The notes under the pieces were generated by a model that saw only the letters and a list, made by a program, of their open reading frames with translations, ran no database searches and was not told where the DNA came from. A DNA stretch of 64,000 nt from NCBI RefSeq assembly GCF_964204645.1, contig NC_134029.1:18532950-18596949 (forward strand), given 5' to 3'. Source of the stretch: Tubulanus polymorphus (lineage: Eukaryota; Animalia; Nemertea). Shown here piece by piece: positions 45,001 through 57,600 of this stretch. Positions within the stretch are counted from its first letter, which is position 1; the number at the start of each line of letters is the position of its first letter. A program made the position numbers and the translations under genes.

Positions 45001-48000
45001 ACCATTTTCTGACTTTTATCGAGAAAAGAAAATTCCCCGACCTTTTCCCTGATTTCCAGTAAGTGGCCACACTGTTTCACTAAGATGTCATCACTCCATT
45101 GATTTGACCCGTTTCTCTATAGGGAAGCAAGGATCCTCTTAAAAACTTCATAAGGCTATATGGAGATCGTTCGTGCATTAGATGGCTCATTAGAAACACA
45201 ATTCCAATATTCATTAATGAAATATATATCATAGATATCAAATTCTTGTTGTGAGATTTACATGTAATAAGTCGTAAAAGAATTTTCAATACGTTATACA
45301 TTGTATCATATAAAATGAATATAATTTATGGGTTTAAATTCAAATAATAAGATAACTGACACTGTTAGGCTGTAAGGATTCAAGTTAGCGATTAGGATAT
45401 AAACTAATGGAATTTACCTCGTGATCACCTAAACATGTAACTGGAACTGGCATTTGACATGGTGGACAGGGCTGATCAACCAGTTCGTACCTTATCTCGG
45501 GCGCTGCTTCCCACGGACCGCTGCGTTCCACCTATGTAGAGAATAGATAACAATTCCAACGAAAGAAGTCACTCGGGTCCACTGATATCGATCTCATTAC
45601 TTCAGAGAGCAAAACCCACAGTTGATGATTTAAATGATGTTAAATCATCAACTGTGGGGTTTGCTCCTTAACCCTTTCAGTTCTAATTAATCAATACCCT
45701 GAAGTGCGGGAGAAATTTGCAATTTTTGAAAAGTTCCAGCCCAGTGCATCAAATAACAGGCATCCACTATAATGCGTCTATACACCGCTGTGTGGTGTAT
45801 GATTAGTTACTTTTGTCTAACTGTGTTTGGCAGGTGCTGCCATCTATCATTAGAGATAAAAACTTTTACGAATTGCATCAATACACCGCAGTGGTGTACT
45901 AGCAACGTCAGTCACCGATTTATACACCGTCCTGCAGTGTAGATGCAACTGAAAGGGTTAAGTCTATCATAAATATAATCACATCTTCCTTTGATGAAAT
46001 TTACATGTACTGTTATAAAAGAACATTTGACCGCCCAGTTATTTGCAAAACTGGTAGGAATTTTCTACAATTTGATGAATTGGAAAAAGACCACCTCAAA
46101 ACACATTCCAGACATACTTAAAATCGTTCACTAAATCTTCAATTCCAAACCCTTACATAATGCTATACCAGAACAGGACTATCACACTATCAAATCCTTT
46201 CTATTTTGACTTCCGGTATATGTACCTGGTAACCTTACTATTTCCGCCTAACTCTCGGTCCTGTGCTTACCTTATCGACCACTTTCGTGAATACAGCTAT
46301 ATGACACCGGGCAGGACAAGAATGAGTACAGGTAAGAGATTTCTCACAAACTTGACGACAAGGAGGACAACGCCCAAAATGACATCGATGGGCATCACGA
46401 AATTCATGATTACACACCGAAGCAATTCTGAAATAACAATAGAACTCAGTTTTATCGCTCAGGAATTTTCGCCCCAGGAAACGAGACATCTACCCGCGGT
46501 ACACAGTATCAGAAATTTGGTACATACTATGTATTATGTAATGGGCTATCTGGGTTGGTTTATTACTCAAGGGCCCCAGTTTGACCCTAGCTGAAGGTAT
46601 TAGAGGGTTGGTACCTCCGATTCACAGAAAAACACAGGCAATTTAATTACAGGCTTTGAAGGCAGAACATTAAATTTTGTGGAAGCCGATATAAGAAAAA
46701 ATTTCAGGTTTTCAAATAGAAGGGGCATTATCAACCGGCTTCTTTAAATCTAAGAACATCCTAATTCTTCGGGGACAGTTTTAAAGAAAATGGTTTCAAC
46801 TGTAACACTGGGGTTAACTCTAACTATACGGTAAGTCAAATTAGTTAATTTCGAAGTACGAGTTAAAACCAATCGGTTCTTTTTTTCAAACTTTTTTTTG
46901 TCAGAAAACATTTAATAGTGAATCGTGCACTTTTTTTTTTTAGTCAGAAAACACTTACTAGTGAATCATGCACTTTTTTTTAGTCAGAAAACATTTACTA
47001 GTGAATCATGCAACACAAGTGTTGGTTGACAAGGTTTTCACATTTTTAAAGATACTTACGAGCATTGTTTTGAGCAGCGAGGAGGTTTAGTGATCTTCTC
47101 GCGACCGCACCGTACGACGATCTTCGACGACTTGCAGAAACAACTGACCGTTTCTTTCAACGAACACGGATAACACCGACCTAGAAAACACAGCATCAAA
47201 ATGTCTGGTTATCTCCGGTTTGACTCACTCGAATCAGCTAATACAGTGGACCCTCGTTACAACAACTTCAGAGGATCCAAAAAGATGTTCGTTATATCCA
47301 GTATGAAATTATTGAAATTGTCCTATTTGCAACAAGATTCTAGGTTTGTTATAACTGATAAATCATCATATCGAAGGTGTATTTAACGAGGACCACTGTA
47401 CACCATTTACCAAGTGTTTCATGGATTTTTGTCCATTTCCAATTTGTAGAATGAAGAGGGTTCTAATCTGAATTCGCAAAATGTACTCGACAACAAGGAC
47501 AAGTACACCAGCATATCCAAATCAGTTATTGAAGCACTTAACTAGTAGGCATGCATGAAGAAAGTGTGCTATGGAGTGCACATCCTAAACTTAATAAAAA
47601 TACTAGACGAGATGATAACATGATGCCATTTGTCAATATAGATTAAAATATAACCCCCAGGGAGCTCCTACAAAGAATGTGTCAGTAAAGGAATGGAGAA
47701 TGAATAGAGGACATCACATTTCCGGTGCCCATTTTTTGGAAAAGTGGCCTATTCTGAAGGTACTATGGTCATAGTCACTCATCAGAATTCAAGAGAGTAG
47801 AGGAGCCGACATACCTGTATGACATCGACTGTTGCATTTGTGTTTCTTGCAGCCGAGATTTTTCGCACACGGCTGTTCACACGGTGGACAATTACCGTCG
47901 CAACACTGAAATGAAGACCAAAACTAAAAATGTCTAAAACTCGACTGTGGGTTTCCTTCTCTCAAATGATGAAACACATTTGCAGGGCTTGATTTTGTCA

Positions 48001-51000
48001 GTATCCCGGTATCGCAATGGTACTAGATTTTTTGTCGGGATACTAAACATGGAAATGAAACAAGAAATTTCGTATTTCACCATCAGAAAATGTTTAATTA
48101 AATTCTCTTCTTGATTAGAAACTTAAATCAATGACAAACTGAGATAACAAACTTTGATGTGGGATACTGAAAATAGAGGATCTTGTATCCCAAGAAGTTA
48201 CTCTAGGTATTGTATGTATCAAGCCTTGAATTTCAATGCCCCAATCATTCTTCCAGGTATTTGGGAGCTGGTTGTAATACGGCTACCACATATCTCTTGA
48301 CAATGTCACATTTGTAGAAAATTTTGCAACATATCGTGCATAATGAAATAGATGGTACACAATGAATTACCTTTCGTTTACAAGAATGTCGACCACAATC
48401 CTTAGTTTTAGTACATCTGGTGTCACAAATATAGTCCTTACAACACAACACTTCCTTTTGCCGCGCCCCGCATTTACATCTTTTAGTCACCATTTGCCGA
48501 CACTGTGGTCAAAAACAAGGATCCATCAACCGAATGAAGACACTCAATCAAACGATATGAAAAAGGAAACTTTTCACTTACAGCACCACAAGGTCCAGTG
48601 TGACATCTTTGCGCGCAAGTATGAATTCCGCAATCTAATAGTTTACCACACGTGTCTCCGCAAGTCGGTATATCTTCAGTACAAGGCAGATGTAACTCTA
48701 GAAATGACCGAAAACTATAATTGACGAACTGACCGGTTTATTTTTCTTTCAATCAATCTAGCAAAGCACTACTTACTGGACTTTCCACAGGGACACGACC
48801 TAGCACCGGCTCTCGGACAAGGTCCACAACTTCCAGCGTGACAAGTTTGCTCGCAAATATGATTTCCGCAGCCTAGAACCTTGCCACAAACCTATAAGCA
48901 GAATTTCCATTATTACATGTCACAACTGATTTTGATAAATGGTAATACCAACACTTCAGGAATTATCACCGAAACCTTCTGTCCGATCTGTATCAATATC
49001 ATTTCTCTCAGGGGGTAAGAAACATTCCAGTCGATTGCGGAGCTAAGGAGTCAGAGGCCCAGGTGCAAGGATATAACTGTGGTCCTGGGAGTCCAACATA
49101 CGACTTACGAATACAAGTATCTAACTTACAAATGAAACTACCTAGGCCTGTGAAATCACGGGGAACTATTTTCTGTCTGGGTATACTCGTGTATCGACTA
49201 ACAGCTTGGAAATACCCCCTGAAACAGAATCTTATCGTCCAATCAGGCTTTATGTTGCATTTAGAACCTCACATCAATTATTTTGAATTGAAAATGAACC
49301 ACTACAGCCAGACATTAATCACCACGCTTTCAAAAAATGATCGCAAAGACTAGCGGTGACCATTCGTCAATAACTGTAATACAGTCAACCCCGCATAAGT
49401 CGTAGTCCTCGGGACTGACGATTTTACTACGACTTAAGTGATGTATGAGCAACGTGTATGTCGTATTTTTACGAGTTATCTATAAGTCCTGGTTTTATAC
49501 GAATTCCGCGAATAACCCGTGAAAATACGATATATACGACGCTCAGATTCCAGCATGGTAAGTCATGTTGAGCTGACAGTGCAGATCCTATATCGCTCAA
49601 TCAATCAATTAAAGCCGCCACGTGCATCACACTGTAACTGTCTGACCACTAATTACAATGAGAATATTGTAGCGTATTTTTATCTGCTGCCGGCATAGTA
49701 GGCTACGACTTACGCGATGTATCTTGAATGGAATCAGAAGATTTGGCTTCTAAAATTGATATGACTTACGTGAAAATACGACTTATGAAGTATGAGTTAT
49801 AAACATAATTTCATAAGGTTTAAAGAAGAAGAAAATGGGGACCAAAATAATTATACGAGATATGTGATGATTTGGCTTATTCTTCGATGACGACTTATGC
49901 GGGGTTGACTGTAGCTTTGTTCAGAACCATACCTTGTCACACTGCCAGACCGGAGTAGCGCATGGACGCTGAGCGGTCTGCTGACCGCACTGACACCGCT
50001 GAGTGCTCGTTTTCGAGCACGTTTTACAATCGCCCTCGTGACACGCCTGTTCGCAGCGATGCTGTTTACACGACAGCGTACGCGCGCAAGGTTTACCGCA
50101 CGACCACGATTTCGATCCGCACCGACGAATCTGCGGCTGTTGTTTGTTACAATGACATTTCACCGACACCGTTTTTGGACACGGAGGACAAGGACCTGAA
50201 ACAAGATAAAACCATAATCATGGTGTTAACGTACGAAGCTTTCAAAATTTCAATTTAGGGCTGTTCTACTTTTACACCGTCATCCCGGTCGTAGTTGTAA
50301 AAGACAATCAAAACTGTTTCACTGCTGAAGGTTTGTATATTTCGTCTCAATCACATCTTCACCCGTCAAGGGATTCGAACCCACTATGCTAAAGCTGTTC
50401 GCCGAACCCCTTGACCTCACGAGTCGTTGGAGTCGTTACTAGCCGACCAGAATCCGGTCGTACCAATCACAGCGCTTGTAACAAACGACTTTAGGCTTCT
50501 ATTGGTTTTCCCGTTAAATGGACCAATCAGCGAACGTTTTACTGAACAAGGAAGTATTTCGCAAATCGATATTTGACGTCTTGCGCAACAGTGCTAGTAA
50601 TGAAATCACGCTTCGTGAGACCCGGGAGCATGTGGAAGCGAGTTCGGGAGTGATGCCGGACCCCTGGCAAGCGAGGGTGTCTCAATCAGGGATCTGTGTG
50701 TATATCTGCGCAACTTACCCGGGTGACAGAACAGCATACATTTGTGACCACAATTTGAAGGTAGCAGTTTGCCGCACTGTTGACCACACGAATGCGGTAA
50801 CAACCACGGATCATACTCGGGCTCCTCTACTTTACCACAGTAACACAAATACTTCGTCGGACATTCGATTTGTTTGTATTCCAGGCGACAATTAGGACTG
50901 TAATGAAACGACGGCCATTGGTTCAAGCGTCACAATTTCGCTTAGTTGCTTTCAGTGCTGACTAATAAATACCCTATAGTGCTGGAGGTAATTTGAAAAT

Positions 51001-54000
51001 TTTAAAAAATTCCCCCCTAGTGTGTTGAACAACGGGAATACCACTATAGCGTGTCTACACTGCGGCGCAGTATATCGTTAGTTACTAGTATTTCACCATG
51101 TTTGACAGGTGCTGCCATTTTTCAAGAGAGATAATTACTAATTACATCAATACACCGCAGTGCGGTGTACTAGCAAAAGCTATCACTGATTTATACACCG
51201 CACAGCGTAGACGCACTGAAAGGGTTAAGCAAACAAATTTCATTTCGATTTTGCTTTGGAGACTGAATAAGGCCGAATGATTTTAACAGACCAGACTACC
51301 TGGTATTTCCATTTTAGAAATCTTCCTCACAAATAAGAGCGATCCGACCTTAAAACTTGTCGCTTAATTGACGATGAACTAGAAAATCATTCTGATTTTT
51401 TTGGGGGATTATTTTGATGGTGTTTTTAGGAGTGCTTGAGCTCTAAAAGAGTTGTAATTACTCAGAAATAGGAGTGAAAGTAAGGTCTGTTCTTAACTCT
51501 TGGCCTTTCAGTGTTAGTCCAGGGGATTGAATCTTGGAAGTGGAAGAATCATTGTTAATTTGATGATGACTGTTAGGAATCTTTGAAGTCATTAACAATT
51601 CACGTGTGCATTATCAAAGTTTCCTGATATCTGTAGCACCAATTCAATAGTCGTACACTGATAGGAATTGGCCATTAACTCACCAGTTCCATGGAATATC
51701 GCGGTCGGGAAAGTTTTCATCCGACAATCGAGACTTAGTTTGATAGACGCCGTCTTTAACCCATTTCTGTATGCACGGTATGTGAAACACACAGAAACAT
51801 TGATTACAACACCAAATCTGCAAAACAGAAATCAACAATAAGATCAACTTCAAATGGTCAGCTGTGGGCATAAAAGTGTATAAGATTCAGCTTAAATCCG
51901 AATCTGATAAAACAAATACTGGGTACTTACGGCGTCAGTCTTCCTTATGTTTTCTAAGCAGATCAAACAAACCGACGTATCGGACTTGAAGAAATTGTGC
52001 AAGTATTCGCTCGTTTTTCCGATGTCGCCATCGTCTGAAAGTGTGAGACAAATCATCAGTTATTCACATAAAAATTAGCAACTGAAATATCGATAACACT
52101 GTCAGCAATGACGGACATCAGTAGAGACAAAAACCCATCACCATAAGAAGAACATCATATGGTTCTAACGTTCAGGGCAGAATACATTTGTTCATCTTCG
52201 GAGGCATGTTTGCTTTGTAATAGTATAGTTTTTAGACCAGTCTTACTTCAGTGCTACATATGACCAAAAAGTGCTGGAGAGATAATTGGAAAGTTCCACC
52301 CTAGTATGTTGAATAATGGGCGTACTGCTAACAGTGACTACACTTCGGATACCATACTCTCATCTGGAAAATTTGCGTTTTGAAATGTGCTTCCTTTCTA
52401 TCTAGTCAACACGCGGGACAATCAACTTAGAGGACTTTCTACATCTACATCTACCATAAAAAATAAATAAATTATCGGACTATTTACACGCAGAAAACGA
52501 CCAAAAAAATATAAAAATGGACAAATGATCTTCAACCTTGTAATATAACTATTTCCAAAATTTCGATGTATTAAATTAGACAGCCAGAAAAATTCACCCC
52601 AATCAGTCGCTTGCCGGTTCAGACTGGTTGGAAGATTGTTTGGATGAACTGGAACCGAATTTCCCAATTATGCACTTCGATTTAAACAAAAAATTATGTA
52701 AACTCGACCGCCGATCACACAACTGTATCTGTACTTCGATTTCAGATTTCAAAATCAAACCCCCTGTGTAAGGTTACAGACCCACCACAAGGGACACTCA
52801 ATCAAAAAATCAAACGAAATTTACCAACCAAATAAATAACAGGGACAATCCCTATTTTAAGATAAAAAAAATAGTGCATTTACACTGCCTTACATTGCCA
52901 TGCGGTGTATCGTTAGCTACTGGTATTTCATAAAAGTTTCACAGGTGCTGCCATCTTAAACTATTACATAATATCAATACACCACAATGCAATGTCCTGG
53001 CATGTCGTCGATTTATACACCGCACTGAAAGGGTTAAGACCATAAGAACACCTTGAGACCAAACTAAGATTAACAACCTTTTTTGAACTCAAGTCAAAAC
53101 TGTCACCACAGAATCTACACTTACCAGTAGAGTCGGCAAACGATTTTAAAACTGTCTGTATAGCCTCTTCATTCTTTATTTCATCTTCGCTATCATCTTC
53201 TTCATCGTCTTCATTATCGTCATTGCTATTTTGCTGCTTCAGGAGACGTTGCGCGTTTTCTCGATCTTTAGCTTTGATGTCTTGGAATTTGTCTTGCGCT
53301 CGTTTTGGGGCCATGAAATCTGGTTGAATTTTCAGAAGAATATAGAAATAAAGTTAGAAGTAAAGATTAAAAAAACCAAGCGATATTGATCCACCCTACG
53401 AATTTTACAAAAAATGAAAAGTTTGAACATGTCAAGTTATGAGAATAGTTCACATCTTGAAGCTTATGGTTCAAAGTTAACTAGGGTCTGTTTCATAATT
53501 CACTAAAATCAACGAATCTAAACAGTTTGTTATTGTAATTGGCTGCTTTTGTATAGTGGTGGATCCAGGAAGGGATTTTTATATTAAGCATAGGGCACGT
53601 TTTTACAGCCACTGAAAAAGAGACATTAGCCTGTGTGGCATCACAGCCCCCTACACTTGATAAAATGTTGCATATATAGACTGTTATTCAAGATTTTACT
53701 GACAGAAATCTTATCATAGAATTGTCTATTTACAGATTATGACAGATGATACTCAATACTTTTCCAATCACCACTGTATTCCAAAGTGCCTAGATCCACA
53801 CCTGAACCAATGGTTAATTTGATCATTTACAAGTAAACAAGTTAACCAAGCAGAGTTCAAAGACAAACTTTAAAAGCCATCTCACAAATATACATGTAGA
53901 CCTATCTATTTGTTATTTACCAGTGAAAGATGTCTTTTCTCGACCTGGTGCAGTATTTTGGTTGCTATTATTCTGATTCGTTCTACCTCCTCTTCCCATA

Positions 54001-54119
54001 CCACCGACATTTCTTTGAAATGGATTGAAGTACGCCTCGTCGTTATTGCCATTTCTATTGTACGTTCCTCGACCTCGGCCACGACCTTTAGCGGGTAAGT
54101 ATGCGGGAGTCCCGTTCAT
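42057..54119 (-). CDS. NFXL1: NF-X1-type zinc finger protein NFXL1
   Basis: 17 phase-compatible coding exons: 54119-53921, 53319-53125, 52034-51931, 51817-51684, 50897-50719, 50195-49933, 48891-48777, 48697-48582, 48502-48371, 47905-47815, 47180-47060, 46427-46271, 45531-45418, 44667-44536, 43923-43687, 43283-43086, 42287-42057. RING/PHD-like CLIC...IWCC...FHIPCIQKW...[17 protein letters not shown], many NF-X1 repeats (CGxHxCxxxCHxGxCPPC), then a coiled coil and a C-terminal TM helix with no R3H domain, which indicates NFXL1 rather than NFX1. Confidence 0.95.
45668..45961. mobile_element. piggyBac-like MITE family (3 copies in NFXL1 introns)
   Basis: TTAA-CCCTTTCAGT...ACTGAAAGGG-TTAA. A related copy lies at ~50949-51228 and a split copy at ~52246-52350 plus ~52870-53037. 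Confidence 0.8.
46899..47011. repeat. Tandem repeat, ~40-bp unit x3
   Basis: GTCAGAAAACATTTACTAGTGAATCATGCAC(T)n repeated three times with substitutions. Confidence 0.85.
49382..49911. mobile_element. Tc1/mariner-pogo-type non-autonomous element, 530 bp
   Basis: Perfect 22-bp TIR CAGTCAACCCCGCATAAGTCGT, TA on both sides, internal ACGACTTA subterminal repeats. Confidence 0.9.
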
Positions 54120-54411
54120 CTTTCTCGTTGTTGGTATCTATTTGGAAAACGATGAAATAAATTGAAATTTAGTCGGCTATCCAAACAACATCGGTCCCTA
54201 AACTCTCAACACACTTTTCCGCATCATTCGTGATCGTGCAGACTTCGTATAGCCTATCAGGACCTTACCTCATGACATTTTTAATTGAAAATAAACCAAA
54301 CACAAGACATTAGCTACGGAGAGTTTATAAATGCTAGAATGATGGAAGGTCATAAACCTATTCAGTGGGATATCATTTTACAGTCAGCTGTTGCACAAGG
54401 ATTGCCGATGC

Positions 54412-54683
54412 CATCCTCGCTTGCCAGGGTTTGAATGCTTCCCACTCCACACAAAGCTGCTCAGTGGCCACCAGTCTCTTATCAATAGCTTTGTATTGAT
54501 AGAGGATCTGCCAGGAAAAACAACGCATCTAATTGGCGTAATACATAGACTGCTCTGCAGCCAACAGTTCACCCAAGAGCTCTTGCGCGGTGTGATAGAC
54601 CAATGGAGGGTCTGCGGCCAGGACAGGATTTGTGTTGGCTTGAACTTGGCCGGGCGGCAATCAAACCCTGGCAAGCGAGGATG
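54412..54683. mobile_element. MITE with perfect 23-bp TIR
   Basis: CATCCTCGCTTGCCAGGGTTTGA ... TCAAACCCTGGCAAGCGAGGATG. Confidence 0.8.
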
Positions 54684-57600
54684 TATTGATGCTAGCCAAA
54701 TTTCGATATCATGGATAAAAATTGAGAGGAAAATTTTTCTATATATCTAAAAAAATTGATTGCATCAAAAAAACATTGTGTCAGCAATATTCTTCGTTCA
54801 TGACACGCCACCACTGGAGTGGACAGGCTGTAGTAGAAAGTGTATTATTATACTCAAAGTCCAAGTTGCCACCTGGTTTAAAAATGATAATTGTCTCAAA
54901 TTCGGTCGATCCTCTGAGTTCCCTACGACCGATACACTTTTACCCAATCCCTGTTTTCCTTGATCTCTTCGACTTCGTGTTTGACAGATAGTTTCAATAA
55001 ATATCTTTGATTTATATTGAATTTATATCTCAATTTAATGACAGATTCGGTGCGGTTTTATTCACCTATTCATTTACTGGTCGGTTCAAATATCAAGCAT
55101 GTTATCGCTCGAATATAACGATCGAGAAGCCGATTCATCTGTGAGACGAGCAAGATGCATTTATAAACACAACAACCGTGCGTCGTGAGAACCGCCGACC
55201 AACGACTTATTGCAACGCCGCAGTTCCACAAAACGCAAATCCAATCCAATTCAATATATTCGCCTAAACATTCAAATTCCAACTCACCTTTATTACCCCA
55301 AACTGTGTACTAAAATAAAAGAATAGAAAATCGAAAACGTTGATAGGCTTATTACTCAACGTACACAAAATATTGCTCGTTGAAGAGCTAAAAATTAGAA
55401 TGGGCACTTTAATCTGAAAGGGGCAATGCACAAGGACACACAAAACGTTTTTGACCCCATCCTACCGGAATCGGGCCGGGTAATAAAAAAAACAAGGGAG
55501 CCAACTCTCCGTCAGATCGGTCGATAGGTAAGTCACTTCAACAGTTCGTAACTTCGTTATTGATAATCCAATCCGCTTCAACCAGGGCCTAAGATTTTCT
55601 TAAAGATAACGAATTTCTGCGTTGGACCCGGTTTGACTAAGATTTGAGTGCCTTTATTAAGATTGTTAAATCGTGCGATTAATCCGAAAAAATCGGCAAA
55701 ATCCAACTGTACCGCACCAGCCTGGAAGTAGAACTTACCATGATCTTTGAAAACAAACCGTGCTTTCGACCAGTAATTCTGAACCGATTTTTACAAACGA
55801 GTATGCGAGGGGATGAGCGAAACATTGGTGGTGGTGGGGAAAGGGCTTGTAGTGGTCCTCAAACAGACAATTTGGGACAAAAGGGGATCCGGTCTTTATC
55901 TCGGCCCATTTGGATTCATTTTCCATGTGTTCCTAAACGTTTATTTGCAAACATTTCTCCAGACTTCTCAAAGGGCACATTCCCGGCACATTCGAATTTT
56001 GAAAACCGGACAAAAATCCACTCTCGACTCAAACTCGCACGCACCCTCATGGAAAAACATATAACGGAAACACTAACTAACGCATTACAGGTTACATTTG
56101 ACAAACATCTTTTAAGAAATCCCTAGGCCGTTTACCGTTAGGGGCCATTTTTAGTGGATTCGGCTACGACAGAACCGGAGTTGAAAATTCACACTGCAAT
56201 AAAAGTTGAAGGTTACGAAGGAACGATTATTATCGTAAAATGCGATACCATGATTCAGTTACACGAAAAAGAACAGCTCATATTTTTTGCTTAATTCAAA
56301 ACTTCAATTCAAAATTTTTGACGACGACAACTGTATGTTCTCTGCAATGAGATCCGAACGATTCAAACTAACCGTTTTAAGCTTTTTCATGAAACTGACC
56401 CGCATATCTCAGATTTGTCGAATATTTTTATAGCATATTCTTTATTATGTATAGATCGCAATACATTTTGAAGAAGAAATAATCCAGAACCATCTTTTTC
56501 AAAAAGCGGATCTCAGCCGACCGTTGTATCGTTGATTCGATTGAGCACTTACACAATTTGACCGGCTTAAAGTATCCAGCGTTTCGGGTTATCAATGGTT
56601 CTGGGGCGGAATATTAGCTCGAAAATTACATCCATTTTTACGTAGCAGCTAGAAACCTAAATGATTGTGTGGAGTTGAGAAAATGTCGTAGTAAAAATGC
56701 AACTTTCAATAGCAAATCACTATCAATGGAATGGTAAAATCATGGCGAAACGATGGACGATTCGGTCACCGTTTTAATGGTTTATCCAAATTGATTTTTT
56801 TCGAATAAAAATTTCCTAGATTTCAACTCTTTGAATGTTATCGAGATTTAGATCGCGAATAATGTGTGAACAACGTCCCGTATTTGCGTTCACCTTTCAA
56901 ACCGGCGACACAATCATTACCTCCCATCATCCATAATTCTTCTCGCCATTGTAACGGCGTCGTGAATTTGTTTATGACTTTCTTACAAGTTAGTTCTGAT
57001 CCGAGTGACGTCCGGACAATGCCGATCTCGACCGACAATAGCAACAGACCCATCAATCTGTTCTGCTTGTGACTTCCAAAACAAATCTTGTTTAAATGTT
57101 GCCTATAAAAAGCGACTGTTATAATTAAGTTGCATTTTTCACCACATCTGCGCGTTAACTAGTGAAAGAAAATTTAAATGAGCCACCACATAACATTGAA
57201 TAAAACATTCATTCGTTCATTGAATTTCGTTGAATGGGTGAAGTTACCGCGAAAACTTGTCCTTATACTTCGCTAAACTGTCCCGTCGACAATCGACGAA
57301 AGATTAATATGTTTGTTGAACGAGGTATGCACGACTTGACACACAAAAGCCGTATTTACATATATCCAACACCGAAAGCATTGTAACACAAATGAAATAA
57401 ACACTCCAGGTTATTCAAAGTAAAAAGTTGATCGAGGGCATATTCAAACAAATCAATTCGCTATACAAATACCGACACCGAAATACACCCTTTATCACAC
57501 CGTGAATCGTGAAAAAAATCAACCCAGAAGAAAGAAACTGGGAAATCTTTAACATTCTATAGAAAGTCGGGCTGCGTGGTATCTTTTTCAAATTACCGAT

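Noticed and set aside
54384-54991. Several overlapping 65-119 aa ORFs
   Set aside because: They overlap a TIR element and show no recognisable domain.
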